This document shows, piece by piece, positions 41,301 through 50,791 of a stretch of 64,000 bases of DNA. The DNA is from Zancudomyces culisetae HAW-14-8 (taxonomy: Eukaryota > Fungi > Kickxellomycota). The stretch is taken from NCBI GenBank assembly GCA_052426225.1, contig JBNJNM010000006.1, positions 2,542,001-2,606,000 of the forward strand, in the 5' to 3' direction. The notes beneath the pieces were generated by a model. It made no database searches. It had not been told where the DNA came from and saw only the letters and a program-made list of their open reading frames with translations. The number at the start of each line of letters is the position of its first letter. Position 1 is the first letter of the stretch. The translations under genes and the position numbers were made by a program.

Positions 41301-41549
41301 TAGTATTATTCCAAAGTATTTATCCATCAAACCCTGGAGCTTCCATTTCTCTGCCTCTAACTCTGTTTTGATCTTTTGGATTGCTATTCTGTTAACACCA
41401 CCTGTACCATTAGTATCCATAGTTTCAGGGCCATTTTCAGCTCGAATCGACATGGTGATTGCGATTAGCAATACTAAAACTATGTATACGCGCGCTTTTA
41501 CTGAAATCTTTTTTTTTGTTCCCATTTTCGTTTTGAATTTCAATTTCAT
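35363..41549 (-). CDS. NTE1: Lysophospholipase NTE1 (cNMP-binding domains plus patatin domain), 2 exons: 41549-38943, 38806-35363
   Basis: The two long ORFs join through a phase-0 intron at 38807-38942 (gtaagt...aatag). N-terminal TMs; FLKSIQIFGYLEDAVFYELSRQLQTRR; QVILTKLQRVTF; patatin motifs SGGGARG, GGTSIG, LVDGGYLDNLP, IQSRLAYVSSV. Confidence 0.94.
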
Positions 41550-42317
41550 CGTTTTTTCTCTTCTTTCTGAAGTCAATTCTACTTGCCGGCTAATAAAGAT
41601 ACTTTGATTTATATATTACAGAACTAGTTTAAATTTCGCTATATTTAATTTTAATCGTTTATACATTCCTTTCTACACATTTTTTTCACTTTTTATCTGT
41701 AAAAGAGACTAAAAGTTGGTCAGGACGGGAAAGTGTAGTACTGATATTGTGTAAGCATGTTGCTATTTCTAGTAACAATTGCTCCATTCCGCACCTACAA
41801 TCACATTTACAAGAATTTGTGTATTTTTTGTTTTAATTTTTTGGTTAATTGGGCGCATTTGCTTGTAGAAACAAAGTCACGTGGATACAATATTTGCCAA
41901 GACTCTACCATTTTTGTGTTCAAAAGATGAATCATACATAGTAACGTCTTTTCAGTGCTACTTCAGATTTATGTTTTACTCTAATGACTAGCTTCCCTTT
42001 TGACAGTTTGTACAGTTTTTACTTGGATGTACTTTCACTGACATTAAATATAAAGGCCTACTGCCAATACAGAAAATTAACAATCACCTCCGCTGTTTGG
42101 GGGGTTTAATTGGGAATAAAAGGTTAGAAAAATAGTATGTTGGAGTTGCAATTAATACAAGAGCAAATATGTTTTTACGTAGTTTTACAAAAATGACACA
42201 CTCAAAAGTATACTGAGTGTGCGTACGAGAAGGGGGTGGGGAGGTATCAAATTAACTTTATAAAACTAATTCATTCTAAACTTTTACAGTATTTGGTATA
42301 ATTTAGAGGTAATGGAG

Positions 42318-43577
42318 CTATAATTGAGATATTTTTTGAATAGTAGATGCACAATCATTAATTAAGGATAGAATTTCACTAATCTTTGAGAGATCGGTGG
42401 TAGACTCCAAAACATCTGTGAGGTAGTTCAGTTTTTTTTCTAATATACGAGTAGTCCTCTCAACCACGACTCTACACGTACTAGATGTGCGTGAGCAGGT
42501 ATATTCGTGACCATCTGTTGGGCCAGTGGTTTTTCTGTCACCTTTTTCGGTTGATGGACCGTTAGAACGCTCATGTTTTTCAAAAATTGTATAGCCGGCT
42601 TGTTGATCAGTACTGTCAACAGCTTTTGCAGGTTGATTGGGAGTTAAGTTAAGATGAGCAGCATCAGCTTCATTTACATAGTTAGACCCACAGACGACGC
42701 ACTTTTCGATGTTTTGTTTGTTTTTTACCAGCGGAATCTAGTTAGTACATGAGATAGGAATGTTGTTCAAGATCAGAATCCTAATAGATACTCTGCCCTG
42801 TTGAAAATTAAAAATGCTCATACTTTTTTTCGAGTAAAAATATGCAATCGACTTGTGCGCTTGTTTTATTTCACCAATATGCGAGTGTTTGTGGTAAGAA
42901 AGCGTGCACCATGTAAAAAAACAAACTTACACCATAGCAGTTCTCATTCGGGCATGCTTTGTCGAGCATAGTCCAGCCCAGTAACAGGTGTCTGCCGATT
43001 TCTTTACCTGCAATATCTGATTGTCTTTTTCTTTCCTTTTTAGAATCAGTTGTGTTTAAATTGTCTATTTGGTATAAGCAGTTGGAGGAAAATTCCAAAA
43101 GATAATTCAACTCGAGATTTAGACAACTCGGAATTTTATCAAGACAAGATATGCTCGAGTAGTCGAGAGTAATATAAAAAACACACCATTTTTTACCGAT
43201 TCAGATTTAGCCTCGAGATTTGGATTTTCTTGTTGATATTCAACTTTCTGGTACTCTTTACCATGAGTAACACATATAATTTCGTTTGATTTGGGATTCT
43301 TCATCAATGGATTCTGAATAGAGATAAAACAAAAAGATCAGATAGAATAATGATAATGAAAAGGGATATTGAGTTCGATTATTTAAAAAAAAAAACACTT
43401 ACGTGACAGCCGTTCACTTTACAGCTATCTGCCAGCATAGTCTAAAGTTAAGCATTTTAAACTTTTTTCGTTAGTATAATAAATAGTACCACAGGCATAA
43501 ATTCAAAACAATATTTATGTTCTTGTTACCCAGCCTTGAAGTAATAAAGTGGAAATGCTGCTAGTTGCCATTTCCAT
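42318..43577 (-). CDS. SSSCA1/ZNRD2-like protein with two Auto_anti-p27 zinc-ribbon repeats (5 exons)
   Basis: Approximate exons: 43577-43530, 43441-43403, 43313-43187, ~43064-42931, ~42737-42318. Repeat 1: LLLQGWTMLADSCKVNGCHNPLMKN...ICVTH. Repeat 2: IGRHLLLGWTMLDKACPNENCYGIPLVKN...KCVVC. Helical C-terminus ILEKKLNYLTDVLESTTD. Confidence 0.82.
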
Positions 43578-43882
43578 AGTTGTTTTGTTAATTCACTTAT
43601 TGTTTCTAAGCACTTCTATCATGCTCTCATAAATAAATTAGCTTTTATTTTGTTGAGGCCGAAAAAAAAATTAAGGAATAAAAGGCCAATCATCATCGTG
43701 GTTGAATTTAGTACTTGATGGATTCAATTCTTCCAAAAAAAAAAAAAAAAAAATACTCCAAAAAATTAGCGCAAGACTTTAATTTGTAAAAAAAAATTGT
43801 AGATTATAATCATTCTCTTTATTAAAGCTATATATTTTTTTATATCTTTAACAGTAAATAGTTAGATAAACGGAAAAGGAAA

Positions 43883-44480
43883 ATGGTAAGTAATTGTTGT
43901 AATCGTAATCGAGGCCTATACATTTATTTAAGAGCGATGTCCGAGATTCATTCAGTCTTGTCCTGGATTTATTTTGCTAAATATGAAATACCAACGATTC
44001 AAGGGCGGATAATTGCTTGGAATCGACGGATTCAAAAATGAAATGGCTACAATTATATGATATATAATGCTGCCGTTGCCTTAACGAGATGTCCACTACA
44101 ATTAATAATGAATATTTTGCGAATAGACAAAGGGAACATCAAGCTTTGGTAAAAGACACAACAAAACCCACAGCCTCTGCCGAAGATGTGGTAGCCGGTC
44201 ATTCCACAACCAGAAGAAGACTTGTGCTTCATGCGGATACCCATCAGCAAAAATTAGATCATTCAACTGGTCCGTCAAGGCCAAGCGCAGAAGAACCACC
44301 GGAACAGGTCGTATGCGCCACTTGAAGACCGTCAACGCTCGATTCAAGAGGGGTTTCCGTGAAGGTTAGTTTTCACTTTGCGATTATATGTATCATTTAC
44401 ATTCACTCTTAACTATTTTGGATGTCTTGTAACAACTTGATTTATTTTATTTTATAGGAGTCAAAAGTGCATCAGCCTAA
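43883..44480 (+). CDS. RPL37: 60S ribosomal protein L37 (eL37), 3 exons: 43883-43885 (ATG only), 44127-44364, 44458-44480
   Basis: M|[80 protein letters not shown]|VKSASA*. Not in the ORF track. Confidence 0.97.
43930..44054 (+). ncRNA. Candidate intronic H/ACA box snoRNA in RPL37 intron 1
   Basis: Layout is hairpin (agcga...gagatt/agtctt...ttgct), ANANNA (atatga 43981-43986), hairpin (cgattc 43995-44000 / gaatcg 44020-44025), ACA (44049-44051) plus 3 nt. Folding was assessed by eye only. Confidence 0.35.
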
Positions 44481-45112
44481 ATTAAGAGTATTGTAGAGCG
44501 AGATTTGGTTGTTTTTAGGAGATGTGTTTGATCTTTTGGAAAATACGGCTATTATCAGCTATTTTACGATAAAGATATTATAAATATTTTGTCAAATGTA
44601 CCTGAGTTAGTTCAATTTTGCAGAACGGGTCAAAAGGCGATTTTAATATAATTATGTTGTATTTTGATTGATTTTTGTCCTCCACTTTTGCTTTATATTC
44701 TAATAAATTGTTTATCCCATAACTTGATATGTCTGCTTGAACAGCTATGTGCCACATGGCATGTGTGAATGGGGCTACAAGTCCAATCTACCGTACGGTA
44801 TAAGCTGCGCTGGGCACAGAGAAGAAGGGTGCTGCAGCGGTGCATGTGTGGCTCAGATGGTCTTGTAACGCGGGCTTTTAAATTCTATTAATAGAACCTT
44901 TAATAAAGTGTCTAGATGTTTTGTGAGATCTTGTGGCATGGAGAGTGAAAGCGTCTTTTCTAGTGCATGCAACCACCACTGGAATGGCAGCGTCGCTAAT
45001 GATATTGATATGTAGCGAATACCGCGAACATTTCAGATGTAGGCCAAATTTGCTCTTAGAATAGTGGTTATCAAGTACATGAATTCTAGAGAGGCGGAGG
45101 TCTATGGTGAAT

Positions 45113-45125
45113 TTAGTCTAGCATG
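45113..45125 (+). repeat. Target-site duplication, left copy (ttagtctagcatg)
   Basis: Exact match to 50881-50893, which directly follows the poly(A) tail. Confidence 0.93.
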
Positions 45126-45159
45126 CTCTCTCTTAACTTTGTAAAAAAACTTTTCTTCT

Positions 45160-45180
45160 GAATCAACCAATCAGATTGCA
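45160..45180 (+). promoter_or_regulatory. CCAAT-box-like motif in the LINE 5'UTR (possible internal promoter element)
   Basis: tcaaCCAATcagattg matches the RRCCAATCA consensus about 40 nt inside the element's 5' end. Confidence 0.35.
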
Positions 45181-45228
45181 GCGTTTTTTAAGATAAGTAT
45201 ACAGTTTTTAACAGCAAATTCAGCAACA

Positions 45229-46929
45229 ATGGAGGGGGATGAGGAAACGAGGGGTGACAGAACCGACACCGGTAACGTCAACAAGCGACAGCGGTTGGAC
45301 TACCGCCAAGCAATCATGAAAAATGCGCACGATGCGCATTCAAATGGACCCAATTTGGGGAGACCTTTTAGTGCCGAAACAGGAAGGCGTAAGAAGCCAT
45401 ACAAAGCTATTATGGTGAGTGACAGGGATCAGTATGGGGAAAGATCCGTTTACCACCTCCATAATGGGGGTAATGAAAGATTAGTAAGAAAATTATCTAT
45501 TAGAGGATCCGACTACAAGCTCGGTGTAAGTTGGGCCCAATTCGAAGGGTACCACGATCAAGACCTGATAACACTCATGCGCTTTATGAAGGACTATTTC
45601 GGGTTTGTGGAACACGATAAATTCAACAAAGTAACGTACTTCACTTTTGAAGACGTGGAGACAGCAGAGACAGTATACAACAGAGCGTATATTATTGCGG
45701 GTAAAAAAGTAGAATTCTTCAAAACTGTGAAGTATGATAAGGAAGTAACTGTGATCAACATCCCTAACTTTGTAGGGATAAAACCTAAGACGCTGGTTAC
45801 CAGCATAATGAAGGAGCTAGCAGAATACGGAGATATCCTGGATGCAACAGGATACTTTGTGAAAGGAACAAATATGATGGTCCCGAACAGACTAAAGATA
45901 CTTTTTGCGAAGAAGGAGAACGTCGAAATCCCGAGAACGATACTCGTGGAAGATGAAGCGATAGCCATTTTCTGGAGAGGGTGCGACCCCATGTGTACCT
46001 TCTGTAATGAAAAGGGACACTGGAGAAACGTGTGTGAGAAGATGGAAAAGAGACAGGTGGAGCAGATAAGGCTAAGAAACGAAAGAAAAAAAGAAAGACA
46101 ATCCATCAAGGAACGTAAAAAGATGATAAAGGAACGGGCAAATGAACCGGAGCAGACGCCAGAGAGGGAACAAGGAACAACCCAGCTGGAAAGTGAGGAG
46201 CACCAAGAAGATATGGAGCAAGAACAAACACGACCTATGTCAGAAGAGGAGATTGGACAGCAAGCTGAAGGTAGATATCAGGGACCGGCAGTACGTGGGG
46301 TAATGGTACCAGCCACGCAAGGAGAGGCAATGAAACAGCAGCAGCAACCACAGGAGGAGGGTGGAGATAACCAAAACTCAGATTCTTTTAATATTAGTAG
46401 TAAAGTCTTTAGAGTTACTAAAAATAATAAAGCAATTGTTACAGTTGAAGAGAGTATAGATTTTGAACAACGTACTAACAAGAGTGTGTTAGAAACAATG
46501 ACCAATAAAGGACATAGGCACACCTCAAAAACATCTAGAGTAATGCCGAGTATAGCAGTAGATCCTAAACACATAGAGAAAACGAAAAAAGATGCAAAAA
46601 ACAGAGCAGAAAAGATAGCTAATAAAATGGATTATGCGACCACTGCACTAGCTCAGCCAGAGTCGAGATCCGAATCTCGAAATGAAGAGGAGACGATGGA
46701 CACGGATATATATACATATACAGGGGTTAGAAAACCTCGAATCAGACCACAACAGGAACAAGAACAGAACCAAATGCAAAACCAGCAAGAGGCACCACAC
46801 GGCCAGGCGGAAGACAGCGGAACCGGAAAACTCCCGGACCAAGACAACAGCAATCAAGTCGGCCACAGCATCCAAGATGCGGAGATGGAGGAAGACCCTC
46901 CTTCATCTCCGATAAATGTAATGGATTAA
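45229..46929 (+). CDS. LINE ORF1 (gag-like nucleic-acid-binding protein)
   Basis: 566 aa. RRM-like segments (VTYFTFEDVETAETV; TVINIPNF...ELAEYGDILD), a single CCHC knuckle CTFCNEKGHWRNVC, then a coiled coil and a Q/E-rich disordered tail. Confidence 0.88.
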   Translation: MEGDEETRGDRTDTGNVNKRQRLDYRQAIMKNAHDAHSNGPNLGRPFSAETGRRKKPYKAIMVSDRDQYGERSVYHLHNGGNERLVRKLSIRGSDYKLGVSWAQFEGYHDQDLITLMRFMKDYFGFVEHDKFNKVTYFTFEDVETAETVYNRAYIIAGKKVEFFKTVKYDKEVTVINIPNFVGIKPKTLVTSIMKELAEYGDILDATGYFVKGTNMMVPNRLKILFAKKENVEIPRTILVEDEAIAIFWRGCDPMCTFCNEKGHWRNVCEKMEKRQVEQIRLRNERKKERQSIKERKKMIKERANEPEQTPEREQGTTQLESEEHQEDMEQEQTRPMSEEEIGQQAEGRYQGPAVRGVMVPATQGEAMKQQQQPQEEGGDNQNSDSFNISSKVFRVTKNNKAIVTVEESIDFEQRTNKSVLETMTNKGHRHTSKTSRVMPSIAVDPKHIEKTKKDAKNRAEKIANKMDYATTALAQPESRSESRNEEETMDTDIYTYTGVRKPRIRPQQEQEQNQMQNQQEAPHGQAEDSGTGKLPDQDNSNQVGHSIQDAEMEEDPPSSPINVMD

Positions 46930-46945
46930 CATCCTATTCAAGTAA

Positions 46946-49900
46946 CAGAAATACATAAGTATAACAATAACAAAAACAACACAAACAAAAATAACAACAA
47001 ATATCATAACTGACAAACTGCTGGTACTAAACGTACCAGAGCTGTCCCAACACACCGTGAAATCCTTTTTTTCGAACATAACAAAAATCGAAAAAAAAAA
47101 TTTACACGTTAAAAAAATTAAACAATACAATAAATCTTACCGTTTCGAAATCCAAAAAATCGATGGTTCCCAGCTTCGTGTATCCGTCCTAAAAAAATTG
47201 GAGTTTGAAAAAAAATTAAAGTGTATACTAAAAGTTGAAGAAAATAAAAATGAAAGAGAGAAAAATAGAAAAAATGAAAAAACAAAAAATTTATACCAAA
47301 AAAAAATAGATAAAAAAAATGAAAAAATTAACCTAAAAATAATGACATACAACGTATGCTCAATAAAAAATAAAAAACATGAATTAGATTATTTTTTAAC
47401 CAAAGTAAATCCAACCATACTATGCTTGCAGGAGACCCACCTGCAGGAGAAATCTGGGAGGATGAACATAAATGGATATACGTGTGTAGAATCCAAAAAA
47501 CCAACGCTAAAGACGGGTTCTGGTCTTCTAGTGGGGGTGAAAAAAAACAAGGGCTGGCACATAGAGGAGTATGTTAAGAAAAATACCTGGATGGCTGCCA
47601 AAGTACATGGATATAATGAAAAGGAGAATAAAAAACTGGAAGTGATGGTAGTAAATGTACACACGCCACACAAACCAAAAGAAAGAACTATGATGAAGAA
47701 GGAGGTAGAGGACTTTATCAACAAGGAATACGGTAAAAACAGAGAAATAAAAATAATACTATGCGGAGACTTCAACATGAGGACGAGCATCGTCACACCA
47801 TGGTTGAAAAAACTTAGATGCATAGTCAGGAGAGCTCCGACAAGGAAACGAAGCGGAACTAGGATAACAAAAAAGCGACTGAAGAACACCATCGATCACA
47901 TCTTTTATACTCCCACAGTAGGACAATTCGTGACAACAAAACTACACAAAAAAATTGACCTCAGTGATCATCTGGCTATTACAGCCAACTTTACCATTGA
48001 GGAAATTAAACCAGAGCAGCAAAAAAAAATTGTCAACCGGAAACTATTGGACCAAAAATCAGAACTGTTCAGAACTCACAATAAATTTTCAATTTTGACA
48101 TCTCTTAACGAAACTGACGAACTAATCAGTGAAACCGTTAATGAGACAAAAAAATTGATGGATAAGATGACAAGAAAAAATAATCCAAACCCAAAAAATA
48201 ATGAGAAATTGGCCGAAAAAAATTCCGAAGCCAAAAAAAATCAACATTTTTTAAGTAAAAAAACGCGAAAGATGATCAAACTTCGTTGCAAATTGTTCAA
48301 AAAAATGCTCAGAACTTGTGATGAACACGAGAAAGAGCTGTTTTATAATGACTACGTCCAGATGAAGTCCAAAACTACAAAATTAATAAAAAGCGACCAA
48401 AAATTACATAAAAAAAAGGAGCTAGTGAAACTATGTGAACACATCAAAGGCAATGACGCCAAGACGATGTGGAGATGGCTAAAAATGAGGGCTCTAAATA
48501 AAAAATCTGTCTTCAATAATGGAGGGGTTTTGGATGAATCAGGAAGGGAGATAACAGAGGAGGCAGAAAAACTAAAAGTATGGATAAAACATTTTTATAA
48601 ATTGTCGAAAAATGACAATAGTAACGCAACCACAGTAACAGATGAAGAATTGGACGAGGAAATGGATTATTTCAGAGAATGCGACGAAGAGCCAACATGG
48701 ACAGAAATAAAAGAAGCACTCAAAGAAACACCAAAAAATAAAGCAGCAGGAGAGGACGGAATCCCAAGCGAAATCTGGAAAATAATCCAGAGCGACGAGG
48801 ATCCAGACTCTGAGTTAGCAATACTAGTGTCAACGATAATAAAAAAATTTTGGATTTCTCCTAAACTAAACTCGGAAAATAACACCAGTGTTATTGTACC
48901 AATTTTCAAAAAAGGAAATACAAAAGATCCAAATAATTACAGAGGAATATCCTTAATTCCAACAATAACCAAACTAATAGCTAAAATAGCCGCTAATAAA
49001 TTAAGATTAATAGATAATAGACATATATTATTAGCAAAAGAGCAAGCGGGATTCAGGACACTGGAGGAATGCGTAGCTCAAGCTACAGCGCTATACGAAA
49101 TTATAAAAAGGCGAAAAATCAATAATACAAAAACCATAATTTGTTTTATTGATTTTGAAAAAGCCTACGACAAAGTACAGCATAATTTATTATTCGAAAA
49201 ATTAAAGATGAATAAAATTAATGGAAAATTGCTAACAGTAATCAAAGAACTTTATGCTAACGCAAAGATAAAAGTAAGGGTAGGTAATATATTATCGGAG
49301 GCGATGGACTTCGAAAGAGGTGTCCGCCAAGGATGCCCAGCCTCACCAATGCTGTTTGATATTTTTATTAATGATATATTTGAAGGAATGGAGGGAATAG
49401 AAGTACCAGGAATTCAAGAAAAAATTCCGGGACTACTATTTGCAGACGATACAGTTTTATTGTCAGACACTCCAGAACAGATGCAAGAAGCTCTTAACAT
49501 GATGCAGCAATGGTGTCAGAAGTGGGACATGAAGGTGAATGCTAGCAAGAGTGCGATTATGACAATTGAAGCAGTGAATAGAACAAGTGACGAAAACAAC
49601 AATAATATTGAAATTACGATTCCAGAATACTTTTTGGGAAGTGCAAAAGTACCAGAAGTAGATGAATATAAATACTTGGGTGTTATATTCAATAAATATT
49701 GGAATAACAAGCTACACATACAGGAGAGGAAAGAAAAAGTACAAAGAGCAACCATGAGCAACTACTATCTACTCAAAGACAGAAATACACCGCTGTTGAT
49801 GAAAAAGATGGTAATCAGGTCGATAGTCATTGCGGTCGCTGGGTATGGAGGTGAAATGTTCGGCATGTCTGAAGCAAGGGTAAAACCGATACAGCAAGCT

Positions 49901-50791
49901 GTGGACAACACATTAAGAATAGCCATGGGAGTGGGCAGATCGACATGCATGAGGAGATTGCGAGAAGAATTAAATATAACAGATATTTACAGTAGAACGA
50001 CCAGAGCTAGAGACAGAGCATTCCACAAATGGAGTGGCATGAAAACATGGATAGCAGATTTAATACAGAACCCCTTCAAACACTCGAAGGACACTTGGGT
50101 CACAGGGTACACAAGGTGGTCTAACAGATTCAACAGGATCAAGATTGATAATGTACCAACCGGAGAGATAAGAAAAACCAAAGAGACACTCGAGATAAAC
50201 AACAGGCTGAAAGACAAGTCGAATATTACAAAGTGGATAAAGGAAGTTGGAGCAGGCCGACAAAGGAATTGGGTCGACTTACAAGCGGCCTTTCCACAGT
50301 ACATGAAACACATTCTTTTCGTAGGTCGAATTCGAATAGGTCAATTTTGGACCGCCACGAGATTAGCAAATTCGGGTTTTATAGATCCAGATTACAAAGC
50401 CAAATGTCCGTTCTGTAAGAAAGAAGAAAAAGAAACAGTTGAGCATTACTTATTAGATTGCAGTAGATGGGACGAAATTAGGAAGGATTTACTTACTGAA
50501 TTTATAGATTTTTATAGTTCTTTTTTATCTAGCACGATTTCCGAGTGTGTTGAGCTTCGCAGGAAAATCGTGGGTAAACTCCTGGGGGAGGAGTTAAAGC
50601 TCAAACTACCTGGGATTCTTCGGGATCCAAACGCCACTTGCGTTAGAGCAGTGGTTTCCACAGCCCGGTTTCTTAACGAGACCTTTTTACCTCGCTACCT
50701 ATTGTTGAAAGACATTAGTGTAGTCCCACTCCCCTTGAACCAATGCCCATCGGGTACGGAGACTCTAGAGAGTCGAAGGGGAATAGGATGA
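46946..50791 (+). CDS. LINE ORF2: apurinic-like endonuclease, reverse transcriptase and C-terminal CCHC finger (start uncertain: frame open from 46946, first ATG at 47342)
   Basis: APE motifs LKIMTYNV, ILCLQETH, ILCGDFN, TIDHIF, LSDHLAI. RT motifs KAAGEDGIPSE, NYRGISL, EQAGFR, FIDFEKAYDKV, GVRQGCPASPMLF, LLFADD, YKYLG. Finger CPFCKKEEKETVEHYLLDC. No internal stops. Confidence 0.96.
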   Translation, partial: QKYISITITKTTQTKITTNIITDKLLVLNVPELSQHTVKSFFSNITKIEKKNLHVKKIKQYNKSYRFEIQKIDGSQLRVSVLKKLEFEKKLKCILKVEENKNEREKNRKNEKTKNLYQKKIDKKNEKINLKIMTYNVCSIKNKKHELDYFLTKVNPTILCLQETHLQEKSGRMNINGYTCVESKKPTLKTGSGLLVGVKKNKGWHIEEYVKKNTWMAAKVHGYNEKENKKLEVMVVNVHTPHKPKERTMMKKEVEDFINKEYGKNREIKIILCGDFNMRTSIVTPWLKKLRCIVRRAPTRKRSGTRITKKRLKNTIDHIFYTPTVGQFVTTKLHKKIDLSDHLAITANFTIEEIKPEQQKKIVNRKLLDQKSELFRTHNKFSILTSLNETDELISETVNETKKLMDKMTRKNNPNPKNNEKLAEKNSEAKKNQHFLSKKTRKMIKLRCKLFKKMLRTCDEHEKELFYNDYVQMKSKTTKLIKSDQKLHKKKELVKLCEHIKGNDAKTMWRWLKMRALNKKSVFNNGGVLDESGREITEEAEKLKVWIKHFYKLSKNDNSNATTVTDEELDEEMDYFRECDEEPTWTEIKEALKETPKNKAAGEDGIPSEIWKIIQSDEDPDSELAILVSTIIKKFWISPKLNSENNTSVIVPIFKKGNTKDPNNYRGISLIPTITKLIAKIAANKLRLIDNRHILLAKEQAGFRTLEECVAQATALYEIIKRRKINNTKTIICFIDFEKAYDKVQHNLLFEKLKMNKINGKLLTVIKELYANAKIKVRVGNILSEAMDFERGVRQGCPASPMLFDIFINDIFEGMEGIEVPGIQEKIPGLLFADDTVLLSDTPEQMQEALNMMQQWCQKWDMKVNASKSAIMTIEAVNRTSDENNNNIEITIPEYFLGSAKVPEVDEYKYLGVIFNKYWNNKLHIQERKEKVQRATMSNYYLLKDRNTPLLMKKMVIRSIVIAVAGYGGEMFGMSEARVKPIQQAVDNTLRIAMGVGRSTCMRRLREELNITDIYSRTTRARDRAFHKWSGMKTWIADLIQNPFKHSKDTWVTGYTRWSNRFNRIKIDNVPTGEIRKTKETLEINNRLKDKSNITKWIKEVGAGRQRNWVDLQAAFPQYMKHILFVGRIRIGQFWTATRLANSGFIDPDYKAKCPFCKKEEKETVEHYLLDCSRWDEIRKDLLTEFIDFYSSFLSSTISECVELRRKIVGKLLGEELKLKLPGILRDPNATCVRAVVSTARFLNETFLPRYLLLKDISVVPLPLNQCPSGTETLESRRGIG

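Noticed and set aside
44812-44830. acagagaaga resembling the U6 snRNA ACAGAGA box
   Set aside because: The flanking U6 sequence (TTAGCATGGCCCCTG etc.) is absent.
46918-46948. 31-nt GT-AG mini-intron that would fuse LINE ORF1 and ORF2
   Set aside because: It is far shorter than the host introns here (about 70 nt or more) and the branch point would be only ~10 nt from the donor. Only the longer variant is kept as a hypothesis.
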